DNA of 62,886 bases, the filler included, from Octopus bimaculoides (taxonomy: Eukaryota): the NCBI RefSeq assembly GCF_001194135.2. It is 4 parts of 4 records of this genome, joined end to end, with 100 filler letters (N's around TTAATTAATTAA, not from the genome) between each part and the next. Parts side by side here need not be neighbours in the genome. Positions count along the whole stretch, not along the records: positions 1 to 26,584 come from NC_068987.1; 3 more parts are not named here. One strand, given 5' to 3'. The notes beneath the pieces are model-generated. The model worked only from the letters and a program-made list of their open reading frames with translations, was not told the DNA's origin and did not search any database. Shown here one piece after another: positions 11,313 through 25,810 of this stretch (the stretch's first letter is position 1; every line of letters starts with the position of its first letter). The translations under genes were made by a program, and so were the position numbers.

Positions 11313-12333
11313 CCTGTAGTCATTCCAAGTAATATTTTGAAACCATCTAATGCATTTAATATGTACGTTTCAGATAATTACGCAAAAGATGAAAAGGGAA
11401 TTTTACTTCTTACACAAAATCTTCCTCGGTTAAGACATCGTTACTTGGTTTTACTTGATTATTATATATTATACGACTTTATGCCAGTGCAAGCTAGCCA
11501 GTGCAAGCTAACCAGTCCTAATTCCATTTACATAAATACTATTACTAGGATTTGGAGTGGTTTGTTCTATTCGATTCGAGTTGGAAGTTGTATTGACGTA
11601 TATTGCTTCTAAGCGTAACATGAAACGTGTGTGTGTGTGTGTGTGTGTGTTTGTGTAGATCGATAAACAGATAGATATGCACACATACATACATACATAC
11701 ATACATAGAGAAAATGAGAGAGATGTAAGGTAAACGTACGAGCATGTGTTTTTAGTAAGCATATATATTTAGTCCTGCTATAATACATACATACTATGAT
11801 TAATTCATGTCAAGTTTTTTTCTTTACGCGGCCAAAAAAAGAAATGGAACTGACTAGTTTCAGTGTTTTTAATGCTTCATCAGAAATCTTTTATATATTT
11901 TCCTAAAGAGAGAGAAAGTATAGCAGCTTGTAGCTATTTACATTATACACAAACTCAGACAAAATTAAATTGGCATGCCTAATTTGCATAAGACGTAGGA
12001 CAGGCTTTTGCAACGTGAATAATTTATTCTCTAATTGAGTTCGATATAATCGATAAAAAATCCTTTTTAGGCGGTATTCTGACATGGCCGCAAGCCAATG
12101 ACTGGAAACAGCTAAAGAATAAAAGAGTATAAGGGCAGTGATGTCGGTAGGTGGTGAAGAGGGAATAAACTTCCCCTCTAGATTTACTGGAATTACATAC
12201 AGTAATCCGTTAGAAAATCTTTTCTCTCATGGTGGTCCGTGTATAAGTATGGAGTTATATACACGTCTGCGTGTATGAGTGTGTCTTCGTGTCGGTGCGA
12301 ATGTTTATGTACGCATGTTTGTACATGTCAGGT

Positions 12334-12386
<53 letters not shown>

Positions 12387-12714
12387 TGCTGCGTACGTAT
12401 TTCTGTGACTAATTGTGTATATTTAGGTTGAAGTATAACCTATGTATATTTTCCTTTCATTGATTATCTACTTGTGTATGTATGTATGTATTTATGTAAA
12501 GCACTTTTACATATATGCTTATGTGTATTTATGTATATGCCTGTGTATGCGCGCGCAGTATAATTAAGCTACCAATTTTTCATATTTCAAACGAAAACAT
12601 GCCTAAGACGATTTTAAAATACATTTTACTTATGTTTGTATTTAATTGGTACGTACGCCCAACCCCAACATATTATGCGGCGTGTCTGTGAGGGTATGTA
12701 TGTATATGTATGTA

Positions 12715-12751
<37 letters not shown>

Positions 12752-13303
12752 CAGATGCATTCCCACACGCGCATTATTTTATGCGTATGTATGTTTCAAC
12801 ATGTTACTGTATATTTGGCATGTACATATAATTCATTTGTTAAAATTAATATTTTTTTCTTTCGAGGAATTAATTCCACCAGCTATATCATATCTGAAAC
12901 AGCTATCACCCCACGCCCACCGAGAGCCCTCACCCACCAAATAACCCCTCCCACACCGCATCCACCACCACACCACCACGACTCCACTCCCCGTACCTCG
13001 TCTCACCACGCAATCATTCCATTACATCCCCCACCACCTCTCACAAACACCCCGTACTCTTAACATTGTTTATTATACTACAAAGCTGTTGCTGTTATCA
13101 TGACGGCGAAAATTATTTTTTTTTAAATATACATTTTTTAATATTTATTTTTTTTCTTTTCTTTATTTCCTTCATTCCTTTTCTTTCACTCTCGCTTTCT
13201 CGCTTTCTTTTCCGCCACTCCTGCCTCTTCTTTTCTCTTTCTGCCTCCTCCATAGCTCTCTCATTCTTCCCATCATTCTATCTTTCCCGCTCTCTCTCTC
13301 TCT

Positions 13304-13349
<46 letters not shown>

Positions 13350-14419
13350 GTCTATCTATCTATCTATCTATCTTTCTGCCTCTTTCCCTCTTCAACTTCA
13401 AACCACACCATGATTATCTCATTTTCATATTCAATTAAGATCGGTCAAAATTCTTGGAATCTATGTCGGTGGTCTTAACTAAAAAGTTGCACACACTTCA
13501 AGAAACATCTTTCACTTTATACAGTTGCTATCTCTCATTCATACTCATATTCATTCATTCATACTCATATTCATTCATTCATTTACAAAGCCATTCATTG
13601 CTTCTTTTTTCTCTCTCTTTCTAACTACTATCAATCTTCCTTCCTTTCTTTCGTTCTTTCTTTCTTTTTCATTATTTCTTCACATCATTCTTTCTCTTGT
13701 ATCTTCACTCCCCTCTTTCCATCATCGCTCCTTCACCCCCATTTTTTCTTACTCCGCTTCTTCGCTTCGTTTCCTTCTTTCTCTCTACGTGTTTGGCTTT
13801 CGTTTACTCTATTCTTTCCTCACTTACAAATTGGTTTTCTTTCGCTAATCTTTATTCAATTGCTTCTCTCTTTCTGTCTATCTATTTTCGCTTCTTTCTA
13901 AACTTTCGTTCCTTCGTCTAATTGGTCTGATTGATTGAGTTTTGCCTCGTCGTTTACAGTTTTAGTTTCGGCCCACGTTGAGTCCTCAGCTCTTCCAGAC
14001 CCCTCCATACACACACGTGTATACACACTCACATACACATATTTTTGTCTTTTTTAAGCACTTTTAAATTACATTTCCTCTTGCTGTGTGGACTTGTCAA
14101 TTCTCTTTGATCTCTACGTCTTGCCAAGACATCATTTATCCCCCCTCTTCCTAAGCCTCCCTCCTCGCCCCTCTTTCGTTTTCTGCCTCATCACCACCAG
14201 CATCGCTGTTACTACCTCTAAGGAAAACAACACCGCTATCGCCACCATTGCCACCAACGACCCACTATTAACTACCAACAAGCCAACGAAGAAGAGCTCA
14301 ACCTTAGCCACTCGAACTATTAGAAATAATAGGACAATTTCCCTCAAACTGTACTCTACCAACTTAAAATAGGGTACATTGAATTAATGGTTTAAAAGTT
14401 TGTTACGAGGTAAGCATTT

Positions 14420-14570
14420 TCAGTTGGGAGGGGATGTTAGTTGATTACATCGACCCAGTACTTGGCTGGTACTTTATTTTATTGATCCCGAAAGAATAAA
14501 AGCCAAAGTTGACCTCGGCAGCATTTGAACTCGGAACGTAAAGCTGGAAGATATGCTGCCATCTCGCCGA
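14420..14570 (-). mobile_element. SINE family D, partial copy
   Basis: Family diagnostic gattacatcgaccc...aaagttgacctcggc..atttgaactc. Confidence 0.8.
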
Positions 14571-15098
14571 CACTTTGAATAATGCAATTCTATGTATATT
14601 GTGCCTGGAAAAGAGAGAAGCGTTACGACTGGAATGCATTTGAACATACGTCTACGTAATCGTGTCTGTCTTGGGTCTAAGCCACAACAGCAGCAGAAGC
14701 AGCAACAACCACAACAACAACAGTAATAGCAACAACCATATTAATACTATCATGGCAAAAGTTTGGATGTTTCGTTCTCTATTTTGGCAATCTTATATTT
14801 TTCACTATTGGAATACTCCGTGATAGCAGAGATAATTACGGGTTCGTTCTTACTGAACAGCACTTTGGAAAGATGCTTGCAGTCATGGGTCTGCTAAAGC
14901 CCTGCGAATGTAATTGTAATTTGGTAAACGGGNNNNNNNNNNNGGGGGGGGGGGGAGAACTATATTCAAGCTCGTTGCTGAAATACCTTGCGATATTAAT
15001 CCCAGAGTTTTGTGTTCTCGCACAAATCCCGCCGGGGTTGGTCAATGTCTTTTGTGGGCGTGCGCGTGTGCGTGTGTGTGTGTGCGCGCGCATCTATA

Positions 15099-16470
15099 CA
15101 GGGTGCGTCTGTTTTTTAGGTCATTTGAATGAATTTGGAAAAAAACGCATAGTTCATCAAAGGAAAGCTGCATTTGAAAACAAATTGGCACAAATAGTCT
15201 TGAGAATCCTTTGCTTACACCTATTTAATGAATCCACCGTTGGCATCAATGATTGCATCAATACGGGGTCAATAGTGTTGACATGCTCGAATCAGATGAT
15301 CTTTAACAATTTTGGACATAGTGCTGGTTATGAGGGATTTGGTTCTTGCCAACTCGAGAGACTGTATGGCGATATGGGTGTGTTGATTGACCTCTCTCAG
15401 GTACGTTCCATACGTAATAGTCCAGTAGATTGAGGTCTGGTGAGCTAGGTAACCATGTGTCTGGGAGAACATGATCATGGAGACTGACATGCTTCCACTC
15501 TTGGGTTGTCTTCGCTTTATGAGACAGCACAGAATCTTATCGGAAGCTTACTGTCTTCCGTTGCGTGCTCTGTTTATTCAGGGCCTCACAGATTTCTGCA
15601 ACACCTCTGTATAGACAGTGGTATTGACTCTTAAGAGCTGTGAAAAAAAGTGAGGAGGTATGACAGTTCCCTCGTTGCTGACAACTCCCGGAACCATCAG
15701 AGTTACTGCGAACTTAGTATGCATGGCCGTTGGAATTTCATTTCGGGTCTCTGTACAACCGTCTGTCGTTCCTTCGATTTACCTTTTGGTCCTGATTGAA
15801 GTTTTTCTCATCGGAGAAAAAAACAATACATTCCAGTCTCTTGGTGTTTTAACTTGTTTAGCAAGTGCTTCTTACGGATCGAACGCACACACATAAACAC
15901 ACACACATACGCACACACATCCGACATACACTGACCCATCCGCATCGCATCCGACTTGTACCGGATGTCCTCACGAACAACTCTTCTGATTGACTTTCTG
16001 AGGCTTTTATCGATTATTTCTTGGACCTTCTTTATAAAGTTTAGTTGTGATGGTATTGGGACTCTGTGCATGCGCTTTGTGCTTAGCTGCTAATGTTGGA
16101 TCCAAATTACCTGCTTCCAGCTCCTTTCGAACTTTGACAACGAAAGGTCGGGCAACTTTCAGAAAGCGAGCTATCCTGCATCACTATACTGCGCTTTTAA
16201 GGCAACGATTACAAAGTCTTCCGTGCTTGTCGAGTTTATCTCGAACCGGCAGAGCCCCTTTCAGAAGTCCTTAGCACTGCCAGGCTAAAGCCTTTTGTCG
16301 TTACCGGGCAGAAAGTCCTTCGGAACAGGCCAATCAGTTTGCTCAGCTTTTCTCCGGGGACATCGTCGCGCTTTCTCCACAATTAGTCCTCTACCAATTG
16401 AGTAATATGATCTGCATTCTACATTGTCCGTCTGGTAGAGAGCAGTGAACACCTGACGACACCTAGTCTT
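15099..16470 (-). mobile_element. Tc1/mariner DD37D (maT) transposon, decayed near-complete transposase
   Basis: Minus: RRVVREDIRYKS..MR.GQ.MS..LLNKLKH..FF(fs)SDEKNFNQDQKVNRRND..PPHFF..YTEVLQK..DSVLSHKAKTTQEW..WLPSSPDLNLLDYYVW..RIDAIIDANGGFIK*. 37 residues between the 2nd and 3rd catalytic Asp. TA|cagggtg terminus at 15097-15105; the other TIR was not found, so the end coordinate is approximate. Confidence 0.85.
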
Positions 16471-16493
16471 AACAAAAGAGTGTGTGCGTGTGC

Positions 16494-16605
<112 letters not shown>

Positions 16606-16829
16606 ATGCATGTATGCACACATGCGCGCACAAGCATTGCAATGTTTGAGTTTTCATAAACTGAAATGTATGCTAGCTATGTGAAAAACCGGACGGGGTG
16701 GGAATGGTACAAACATCATAAAATACTGACATGAACATGGTATGAGAGAAAAGATGGAGGGAATATAGATCGCAATAGGTTTCAGAAAAAGTCAAAATGC
16801 CTCCACTTTGGTATGTGCTAATTCACTTA

Positions 16830-17095
16830 GAGAAACTGAGGAAAACCGTCCGGTATTATTGTCAGTTAACTTCACGAAAGGAAATGTCACATGAACGATA
16901 CATCAGTCTCAACATACGATAATGTATTGCTCAAAGAACTGAGAAAAAAAAACGTCCAGATATAAAGATCTGGTGATGGAGATAACCAGAATGAAAAAAC
17001 TGAAAGCAGTGAGTTTCTTTCTAATAATAGGCGTCTTGGAAATTATTAAAAAATGAGGCAGGCAACTCCATAATCAAAATCCTAAGACTTAAAAT
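16830..17095 (+). mobile_element. RLE-type LINE endonuclease remnant (R4/Dong-like)
   Basis: ENRP....(fs)DNVLLKELRKKTSRYKDLVMEITRMKKLKAVSFFLIIGVLEIIKK, followed closely by (AAT)n. Confidence 0.65.
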
Positions 17096-17114
17096 AGATT
17101 GTAAAACGAAACCA

Positions 17115-17153
17115 AATAATAACAACAACAACAACAACAATAATAATAATAAC

Positions 17154-17210
<57 letters not shown>
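17115..17210. repeat. (AAT)n/(AAC)n microsatellite
   Basis: Direct reading. Confidence 0.95.
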
Positions 17211-17211
<1 letters not shown>

Positions 17212-17824
17212 CATGTGGCCGTGGTATACAAAGTTACGCTCAGTTAAGTAGCGGAAGCAGGCAATAAAGATAAGACTATTGAAATACACACGCACGCGCA
17301 CACGCACGCACACACACGCACACACACACACGCACACACACACACATGTAAATGTATGTATGTCTTGGGTATAACTTTAAACTGTATCCGGTAGTGAGGC
17401 TCTGATTCAGGAGTTCCAGGTTTTTGACGAGTGTGGAACCACCATTTACCCACTATTTTTCCCAGGTCTACTCTGACCTGGAATAGGTTCCCATACGGGT
17501 TAATTAGCATATGAAGCACTGAGAATGAAGGGAGAGAATCCCTAGTTCTCATTAGAACTTCCTTCTAAGACAATGTAAACTCATGAAAAAAAAAACAAAA
17601 AAAAAAACTGAAGCTCAGTTGATTTCTGGTTGTTTAAAACTGTCTTATGCCATTGTTATAGCTGATTGTACTGAAAAGTCACTTCAGTACTGTACAGCAC
17701 TTTTCCACTCAATACAAATTCATAGACAGGATCTTCTTGGACTTTTGAAATGCTTGTACGAGTTTACAGAATTTAGGAAATGGTTTTACTCACTTAATAA
17801 GTAGTAGTCACGAGTTGACCTCCG

Positions 17825-18310
17825 GCACCATGTATCCATATGTGCATATATGCATGTATGTGTGTATGTATGTATGTATGTATGCATGTATGTATGCATG
17901 TATGTATACATGCATGTATGGATGTACGTATGTATGCACGTATATATGTATATGTGTATGCATGAACGTATGTATGCACGTATGTATGTATGTAAGCATG
18001 CATGCATGTATATATGTATGCATGTATGTATACATGCATGTATGTATGTATGTATGTATGCATGTACGTATGTATGCACGTATGTATGTATATATGTATG
18101 CATGAACGTATGTATGCACGTCGGTATGTATGTATGTATGTATGTATGTATGCATGCATGCATGTATGTATACATGCATGTATGTATATATGTATGCATG
18201 TACGTGTGTATGCACGTATGTATATATATATGTATGCATGTATGTATGTATGCACGTATTATGTATGTATGTATATATGTGTGCTTGAACGTATGTATGC
18301 ACCACATGTA
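17825..18310. repeat. (TATG)n/(CATG)n compound microsatellite
   Basis: Direct reading; recurring catgaacgtatgtatgcacgt unit. Confidence 0.9.
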
Positions 18311-18739
18311 TGTTTGTATCTAACATATCGTATTAGTGGGAAAGAACATTCTATGCTATTGGCGCTAACACTTGACTAGAGGTTATGTTATCGAATCCAA
18401 GTTGGTGCGGTAAGTAAAACTGAAAGTGGTGAATTTCAAACTCTGGAAAGAAAAATAGATTTAATAGATCTCATGCTGGTTTCGACAAATGAGTAATCCA
18501 CTTACTCGCTCACAGGAATTAAGTACTAATCGTAATATTGGTATTTTACAATAATTAACAATATTGTAATAATATTGTAATTATTGAAAATAAAATTGTA
18601 ATACTAATTGTAAGATTGTGAGCGGCTAAGAATGCCATAGAGCACTTATACTCATAACGTAATCATCAGGCAGAAGTAGCGTGACACTGTATAACAAACT
18701 TGACATTCGAATCATTACTACAGTGCACCCAAGAAGTTC

Positions 18740-18870
18740 CATATTCTCAGTTTCCTTTACAAAGTTCAGATCGGCCAGAGACTATGGGAGAAGACACTAG
18801 CTCAAGATGCCACGCAGCAGGAAATAACCCGAAACCACGTAGATTCGAAGTGAATGTATTATTCACACGA
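18740..18870 (-). mobile_element. SINE family C, decayed 5' fragment
   Basis: Revcomp resembles the ccacatggttccgggtt...gcgtggcaccttgggcaagtgtcttc head. Confidence 0.55.
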
Positions 18871-19356
18871 CTTAATATTACCCACATACAAATCAGATTA
18901 TAGACGTAATAAATACTGAAAAATCATTTAATCCGGTTGCTTCAACATAGTAATTCTACCACTAAGTCCTTCATATCTTCATTCCATCAGAATTTCAGTT
19001 CTCACCCATTCTCTTCATTTAAGAACGCCGCCTTCATCTACATCTCTACTTCTCTCTCTCTGCAAACGTCTCACCTTCCAACTTGTCTATCCCAAAATTC
19101 ACAGCCCTACTCCATTCGCTTATAAACATCTTTGCTTTCTTCTCTGTGTACGTAACCACTCACCTACCCACACTAAAACCTTATTACCCATTTCTTGTTC
19201 TAACTCACAGCGCCACACAACCTCATCCAACCTCCCGTCCTCCTGTCCTCCCGCTTTTATCTTTCCCTTCTATCAAGTTGCCCGGATATTGTTTATCATG
19301 ATTTCCTTTTTTACCCTTGTACAATTGAATATAGTCGTTTCACACGACCACCCCCG

Positions 19357-19403
<47 letters not shown>

Positions 19404-19599
19404 TGAACAGTTATAGTATATAAAATCCACAAGAGTCCGAGAAGGAGTGGAGGTGGTCTGCGTCGGCAAAAAGAAAAATCAGTTAATAAAGTAACGTTAG
19501 AACTAATGTTTCCACCACGTCATAAACAATCTTATACAAATTTGTGAACATTATACTTTATAAATATCGTATAATTGCAACCTCAACCAGTTTGTGCGT

Positions 19600-20120
19600 A
19601 TCTGTGTATATAGATACATATGTAGATGTGTGTGTGTGTGAGTTTGTATGTATGTACGTGTGTATGTATGTACGTGTGCATGCATGCATGTATGTATGTA
19701 TGTATGTATGTATGTATGTATGTATGTGTGTGTGTATGTATGTATGTATGAAATCATGCATGCACGCACACACGTACTTATGTATGTATGTATGTATGTA
19801 TGTATGTATGTATATGTGTGTGTATGTATGCATGTATGTATGTGTGTGCATGTATGTATGTGTGGTATGTATGTATCTATATGTGTGTGTATGTGTGTGT
19901 ATGTATGTATGTGTGTGTATGTATGTATGTATATGTGTGTGTGTATGTGTGTATGTATGTATGTATGCATGTGTGTATGTATGTATGTAAGTGTGTGTGT
20001 GTGTATGTATGTATGTGTGTATGTATGTATGTATGTAAGTAAGTGTGTGTGTGTATGTATGTATGTATGTATGTTTGTATGTGTACGTATGTATGTATGT
20101 ATGTATGTATGTACGTATGC
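19600..20120. repeat. (TATG)n/(TG)n compound microsatellite
   Basis: Direct reading. Confidence 0.9.
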
Positions 20121-20687
20121 GTTTATAGCTTGCTGGGAACGTTGCCGGGTATATATAAACAAAAAAGTTGTTAGTAATTTATAAAACCACAATAATGCAG
20201 TTGGGAATATATATAAAATACAGCGACGATTAGAACTTCTCAAACCAGGCGGGTGGGAGTATCATTAGTTAACAATACCGAATTACAGAAAACAGTATTT
20301 AATAAGTGGTATGTATAGTTCTGAGGTTTGTTTATGTGTGTGTCTGTAAATGTATGTGTGTGTATGCGTCTGTATCAATAAAAACAGCATTCCACATTTA
20401 GTGAGTTTTGCCATTCTTAATCATATTGTGTCGTACTGTGATATTTGTACGTACATTACTTGGGAGCTCTATCCAAGAAAAAAATAAATGAGAAAAAAAT
20501 TAGATACTCTTCATATTTCGAGTGAAAAGACCTTTAGTCACGGGGAGAGTGTAGAGGACAGAAGCAAAATGTCTTAACTCGTGAAACACGGAGACACTAA
20601 ATTTAAAGTTTTAGCTATACACACACACACATACATATGTATATATATATTTATATATATATATATAAATATATATATACATATGTA

Positions 20688-20721
<34 letters not shown>

Positions 20722-20740
20722 CATACATATACATATATAT

Positions 20741-20950
20741 ACAAATAATATGTGAGTATATGCATATATACGTACATGTATGTACATACATACATCTACA
20801 TGTATATATAGATGCATATCTGGGTACAGGACGTTGCAAAAAAACGTGGACAAAAGTGATAAACAGAACATAAATAAAGCACAGAAAACACACATGCCAC
20901 ATAGAGAACATTTCCTTCATCAGCTGCCACCATTCTAAAACTAAACGTTT
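20741..20950. repeat. Repeat family P1, second (truncated) copy
   Basis: Matches 9-215. Confidence 0.75.
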
Positions 20951-20962
20951 TTATATATATAA

Positions 20963-21020
<58 letters not shown>

Positions 21021-21487
21021 NNNNNNNNNNNNNNNNNNNNNNNNNNNNNNNNNNNNNNNNNNNNNNNNNNNNNNNNNNNNNNNNNNNNNNNNNNNNNNNN
21101 NNNNNNNNNNNNNNNNNNNNNNNNNNNNNNNNNNNNNNNNNNNNNNNNNNNNNNNNNNNNNNNNNNNNNNNNNNNNNNNNNNNNNNNNNNNNNNNNNNNN
21201 NNNNNNNNNNNNNNNNNNNNNNNNNNNNNNNNNNNNNNNNNNNNNNNNNNNNNNNNNNNNNNNNNNNNNNNNNNNNNNNNNNNNNNNNNNNNNNNNNNNN
21301 NNNNNNNNNNNNNNNNNNNNNNNNNNNNNNNNNNNNNNNNNNNNNNNNNNNNNNNNNNNTTAATGTATATATATGATATAGAATATTTGGGGAAAATCTG
21401 AAAAAAATATGTCTTTCCCTCTCCCCCTCTCTCTTTTTCGCTCTCTCTCTCTATTGTATTTTAACACAGCAAGTCCATAAGAGATAT

Positions 21488-21705
21488 TCTTTTACTACTC
21501 TAGGCACAAGGCCTGAAATTTTGGGGAGAAGGGGCCAGTCGATTAGATCGACCCCAGTACGGAACTGGTACTTAATTTATCGACCCCGAAAAGATGAAAG
21601 GCAAAGTCAAGTTCGGCGGAATTTGAACTCAGAACGTAAAGACAGATGAAATACTGCTAAGCATTTAGTCCGGCGTGTTAACGATTCTGCCAACTCACCG
21701 CCTTC
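21488..21705 (-). mobile_element. SINE family D, full copy with 15-bp TSD
   Basis: TSD gtccataagagatat at 21473-21487 and 21706-21720. Head ggcggtgagttggcagaatcgttaac; B-box-like gagttcaaattcc. Confidence 0.92.
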
Positions 21706-21802
21706 GTCCATAAGAGATATCATCTCAGGACAACTACTGCAGTGATTGATTTATTAACGTCGTATATACATTTCAATTACATACTACATCAATTATGTAT
21801 AT

Positions 21803-21835
<33 letters not shown>

Positions 21836-21849
21836 NNNNNNNNNNNNNN

Positions 21850-21900
<51 letters not shown>

Positions 21901-21903
<3 letters not shown>

Positions 21904-22338
21904 AAATTACTTTCCACGATTCCTACACCAACAGTTAAAAAGTGTGACCGCCCCAATTGCAGGACCTGCTTCAACCTTATTGAAGACACAACATACAAAT
22001 TCAAATCAGGACAGACTTTTACCGTAAAAAAATCATTGTACATGTTCTTCAAGGAATTTAATATACGCTATCAAATGTCAATGCTGTAATGAAGATTATA
22101 TAGGTCAAACAAAGCTTACTCTAAGAAATAGACTGACCATTCACCGACAACAAATACGAGACCCCATTACTAGACAAATTCCACTGAATGGACACATAGA
22201 CATATGTGCAAAAAATAAGTCTCCCAAATTCCATGTTTTCACACTCTCTATGTTCAGCGAATACTACAGATGAAGCACGGATAAGCAAAGAAAATACTTT
22301 CATACGAAAGTACAAACCAAGACTTAACATACTTTAAC
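21901..22338 (+). mobile_element. Penelope-like element GIY-YIG endonuclease remnant (CxxC-linker, Neptune-like)
   Basis: KKCDRPNCRTCFNL..F(fs)TCSSRNLIYAIKCQCCNEDYIGQTKLTLRNRLTIHRQQI..(fs)..ARISKENTFIRKYKPRLNIL*. Confidence 0.85.
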
Positions 22339-23639
22339 AGAGTACATACTCAAATAACTATTCACACACAAAATTCATTCTGCCACTTATCATGGAGGAA
22401 GCTACACAGCTAACAACCTAAACTTTAGCCACTGGACTACATACAAACGACACCTGTCCATCCTCCCGCCAGGCAGATTAAATTTGGAGTGCCTTGATTA
22501 TAACTAAACATGTTCACTGAACCGTGTCGGCGCAAAATATACTGTCACGTTATACTAACGCACGAACGTAGCGGGAAACGAACAAAATGTTATGAACTTA
22601 ATCATGTGTTCATTCTCTACAAACACTTGACAGAAAACATCCAGAGCATAGATTGTTTGGACAACGTTCAGTCAACCGTGTCTGCCTTAACTTACGACGC
22701 CAAACATTGTGACTCGATACTAACATACGGACGTAACGGAGAACCTACAAAAATTTCTAAGACCAGTCAAGTGACTATCCTCTACTAATCAAATCCTATT
22801 CAAAACATATACTAATTTGAGCCATGAACACCCTATAAAAATAGGGTAAACTTCAAACACTAGTCAGAAGCAAGACAGCTGCGACCTTCTACTTGAACTT
22901 TTTGAAAATCAGTGTAAACTATGAAACCGTTTAAAGCTTTAAATATATTAATACAAAATATTTTAACTATTCTCAGTGCATTTTCAGCTTTTTTTCCTAT
23001 ATTTCTACACGTGTGGAATAAATATATACATATATATATATATATATANNNNNNNNNNNNNNNNNNNNNNNNNNNNNNNNNNNNNNNNNNNNNNNNNNNN
23101 NNNNNNNNNNNNNNNNNNNNNNNNNNNNNNNNNNNNNNNNNNNNNNNNNNNNNNNNNNNNNNNNNNNNNNNNNNNNNNNNNNNNNNNNNNNNNNNNNNNN
23201 NNNNNNNNNNNNNNNNNNNNNNNNNNNNNNNNNNNNNNNNNNNNNNNNNNNNNNNNNNNNNNNNNNNNNNNNNNNNNNNNNNNNNNNNNNNNNNNNNNNN
23301 NNNNNNNNNNNNNNNNNNNNNNNNNNNNNNNNNNNNNNNNNNNNNNNNNNNNNNNNNNNNNNNNNNNNNNNNNNNNNNNNNNNNNNNNNNNNNNNNNNNN
23401 NNNNNNNNNNNNNNNNNNNNNNNNNNNNNNNNNNNNNNNNNNNNNNNNNNNNNNNNNNNNNNNNNGATCTATATGTACATATATGCATGTATGCATATGT
23501 CTGTATATCTGTATGTATGTATGTATGTATGTATGTAAGTATGTATGTATATGTGTGTGTATGTAAGTAATGTGAGTATCCTTCTGTTTGTCTCCCCTTA
23601 CTGGTGCACAATCGATGTTGGTTTGTTTACGTTCCCACA

Positions 23640-23845
23640 AAGTAGAAGGAATGCCGCGAAGCACTTTGTCCGGCTTTGCTAACGATTCTGCCCGCGAGCT
23701 GCCTTGAGTAATCCTTCCTAATTTTGGCACAAAACCAGCAATTTTAGGGGAAAATGTTAAGTCGGATTACATCGACCCCAGATCTCAATCGGTGCTTATT
23801 TTAGCGATTCCGAAAGAATGAAAGAGAAATTCAACCTCGGCGGCT
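23640..23845 (-). mobile_element. SINE family D fragments
   Basis: ctaacgattctgccc head remnant plus ggattacatcgaccc...caacctcggcgg body. Confidence 0.65.
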
Positions 23846-23894
23846 TAATGCTAAATATCAACAATGCCATGAAAGGTGATATTATTTAGACATA

Positions 23895-24112
23895 TAAAAG
23901 CAGCGAACTGGCAAAATCACTTGTATGCCGCACAAAATACTGCGAAGCATCTCTTTTCCTTCTATATTCTGAGTTTAAATCCCGCAGAGGTCGTCTTTGC
24001 CTTTCATCTCTTCGGGGTCGATAAAAGAACTATTAGTATAGCAGTGAGGGTTGCAGTAATCTACTAGCCTTAACCCGAAAATTCCAACCCTTGTGCCTAG
24101 AGTAGAAAGTAT
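23895..24112 (+). mobile_element. SINE family D copy
   Basis: gcgaactggcaaaatc...gagtttaaatcccgcagaggtcgtctttgcctttcatc...ccttgtgcctagagtagaaag. Confidence 0.8.
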
Positions 24113-25254
24113 TTTTTAATGTCATATAAAACAGAAGGTTGTGAAAATCTTAGAATTTGCTTTTACTTTTTTTATGTACAACTTACTGTTAATTAAAAAC
24201 CAGGGTGCGTTGTGTACCATTACTTGGGTATTTGTGAAAAAATGTACAATAAATGCACAAACGGAAAAACGTATAATGAATGCACTAGCGGACAGAAAAA
24301 CATAGAGTGTACAAACGGACGGATAACAATTGTGCACTCAATGTGTTGGTCCGAAACTGAGTAATACCATCTGGTTGATAACTGATGAAGAATTAAGGAC
24401 CTTCTCATATACTGTACATTTTTTCACTAATTATATATACATATATGTATGTATATGTGTCTATACGCACACATTGTACGCTACATAAACGCATACACAC
24501 ACATTGTTTTAATTAGCCATCTTCATAGTTTTATTGTCCAAAAACACTTTTCCTGTTTTATGGAGTAATATAAGTGAATTGAGCTGCTATTTCTAACGTG
24601 TTGGTCTACTACGTAGAGGTACTCTCGTTGGTTCGATGCTTGAATGCATTTTTGTGCATACAAATGAAAGAGATTTTCTTGACCAACTTATCTCTCAAGC
24701 GTAAAGATCCAATTTAAAGTGTGAGACATAATAAACATCATATAAAGAGGGGAGGCTCTATATATAAAGAAAAAATAGATAAGGTGAATAAAACGCTGAC
24801 ATTGAGAGAATTGTGTGCCGTAACTCAAACGGAAATAGTGAACTCTAAGATAGAGACAAGATTATCGTGAAACAAAACAGGCCAGTGTAAATTCGCGCAT
24901 GGTTATGTAGGTCTTTGTTTATTATTACAATGTAATTTAGTTCTTTCAATAGACTATATGACTACCAGTTATACGGAAGGCTCGTCTTACGTTTTAAGGA
25001 AAATTTGAATTACTTATCTCCCCTGAATTACTACTTCTCTAAGTCTATAACCATCTTTCGCAATATATTTATATCAGCTGCAGTTTTTGTTTTAAGCACA
25101 GGCATAGCTATAGAAACTCGCTTTGCAGCTACGTAGTTTCAGGTTCAATCTCATTACAAGGTAACTTGGACAAGTGTCCTCTACTAATCACTTTGTGAGA
25201 ATATTTGAGGAAAATTTCGTTGATGTAAATCTATGCTACTATTTGTTATTCTCC

Positions 25255-25310
<56 letters not shown>

Positions 25311-25319
25311 CAGACAGAC

Positions 25320-25359
<40 letters not shown>

Positions 25360-25726
25360 TGTGGCAGTCATCAGTAAGATTACGGTTAACGATACTCACT
25401 CCTGAACAACCACGAGATACTTATTTCAGTCGAGTTGCGATTGCTATTTTGCTTCATATGAAAGTTTTAAACTTCTGGCAATTTGTTGCTATGGAATATC
25501 AGCGATTTGTTACGGTTTTACGAACGTAGTTAACAAGAGCACATAGCAAAGCCTTTTTGTGAATTGGAAAGTCAGTGATAACGTTAATAACTGGTGCTCT
25601 GGAGCTGTCTACCACCTTTTTTGTACAGTCGTTGGGTTTCAAACTTATTGCATAATAAGCCAATTTTTTTCAGTATTGCAGTCTATAAAAGATTTAACAA
25701 GTTCTGTTATGCTCAGGTCTTGTACA

Positions 25727-25728
25727 AC

Positions 25729-25810
<82 letters not shown>
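25727..25810. repeat. (TAT)n microsatellite
   Basis: Direct reading. Confidence 0.95.

Noticed and set aside
15580-15612. acacctctgta as right-hand TIR of a short mariner MITE
   Set aside because: It is the antisense of YTEVL within the continuing transposase frame.
22338-22960. Hammerhead in the 3' region of the CxxC-type Penelope remnant
   Set aside because: Only GAAAC and a ttaaagctttaa palindrome are present; no CTGANGA core with a stem II.
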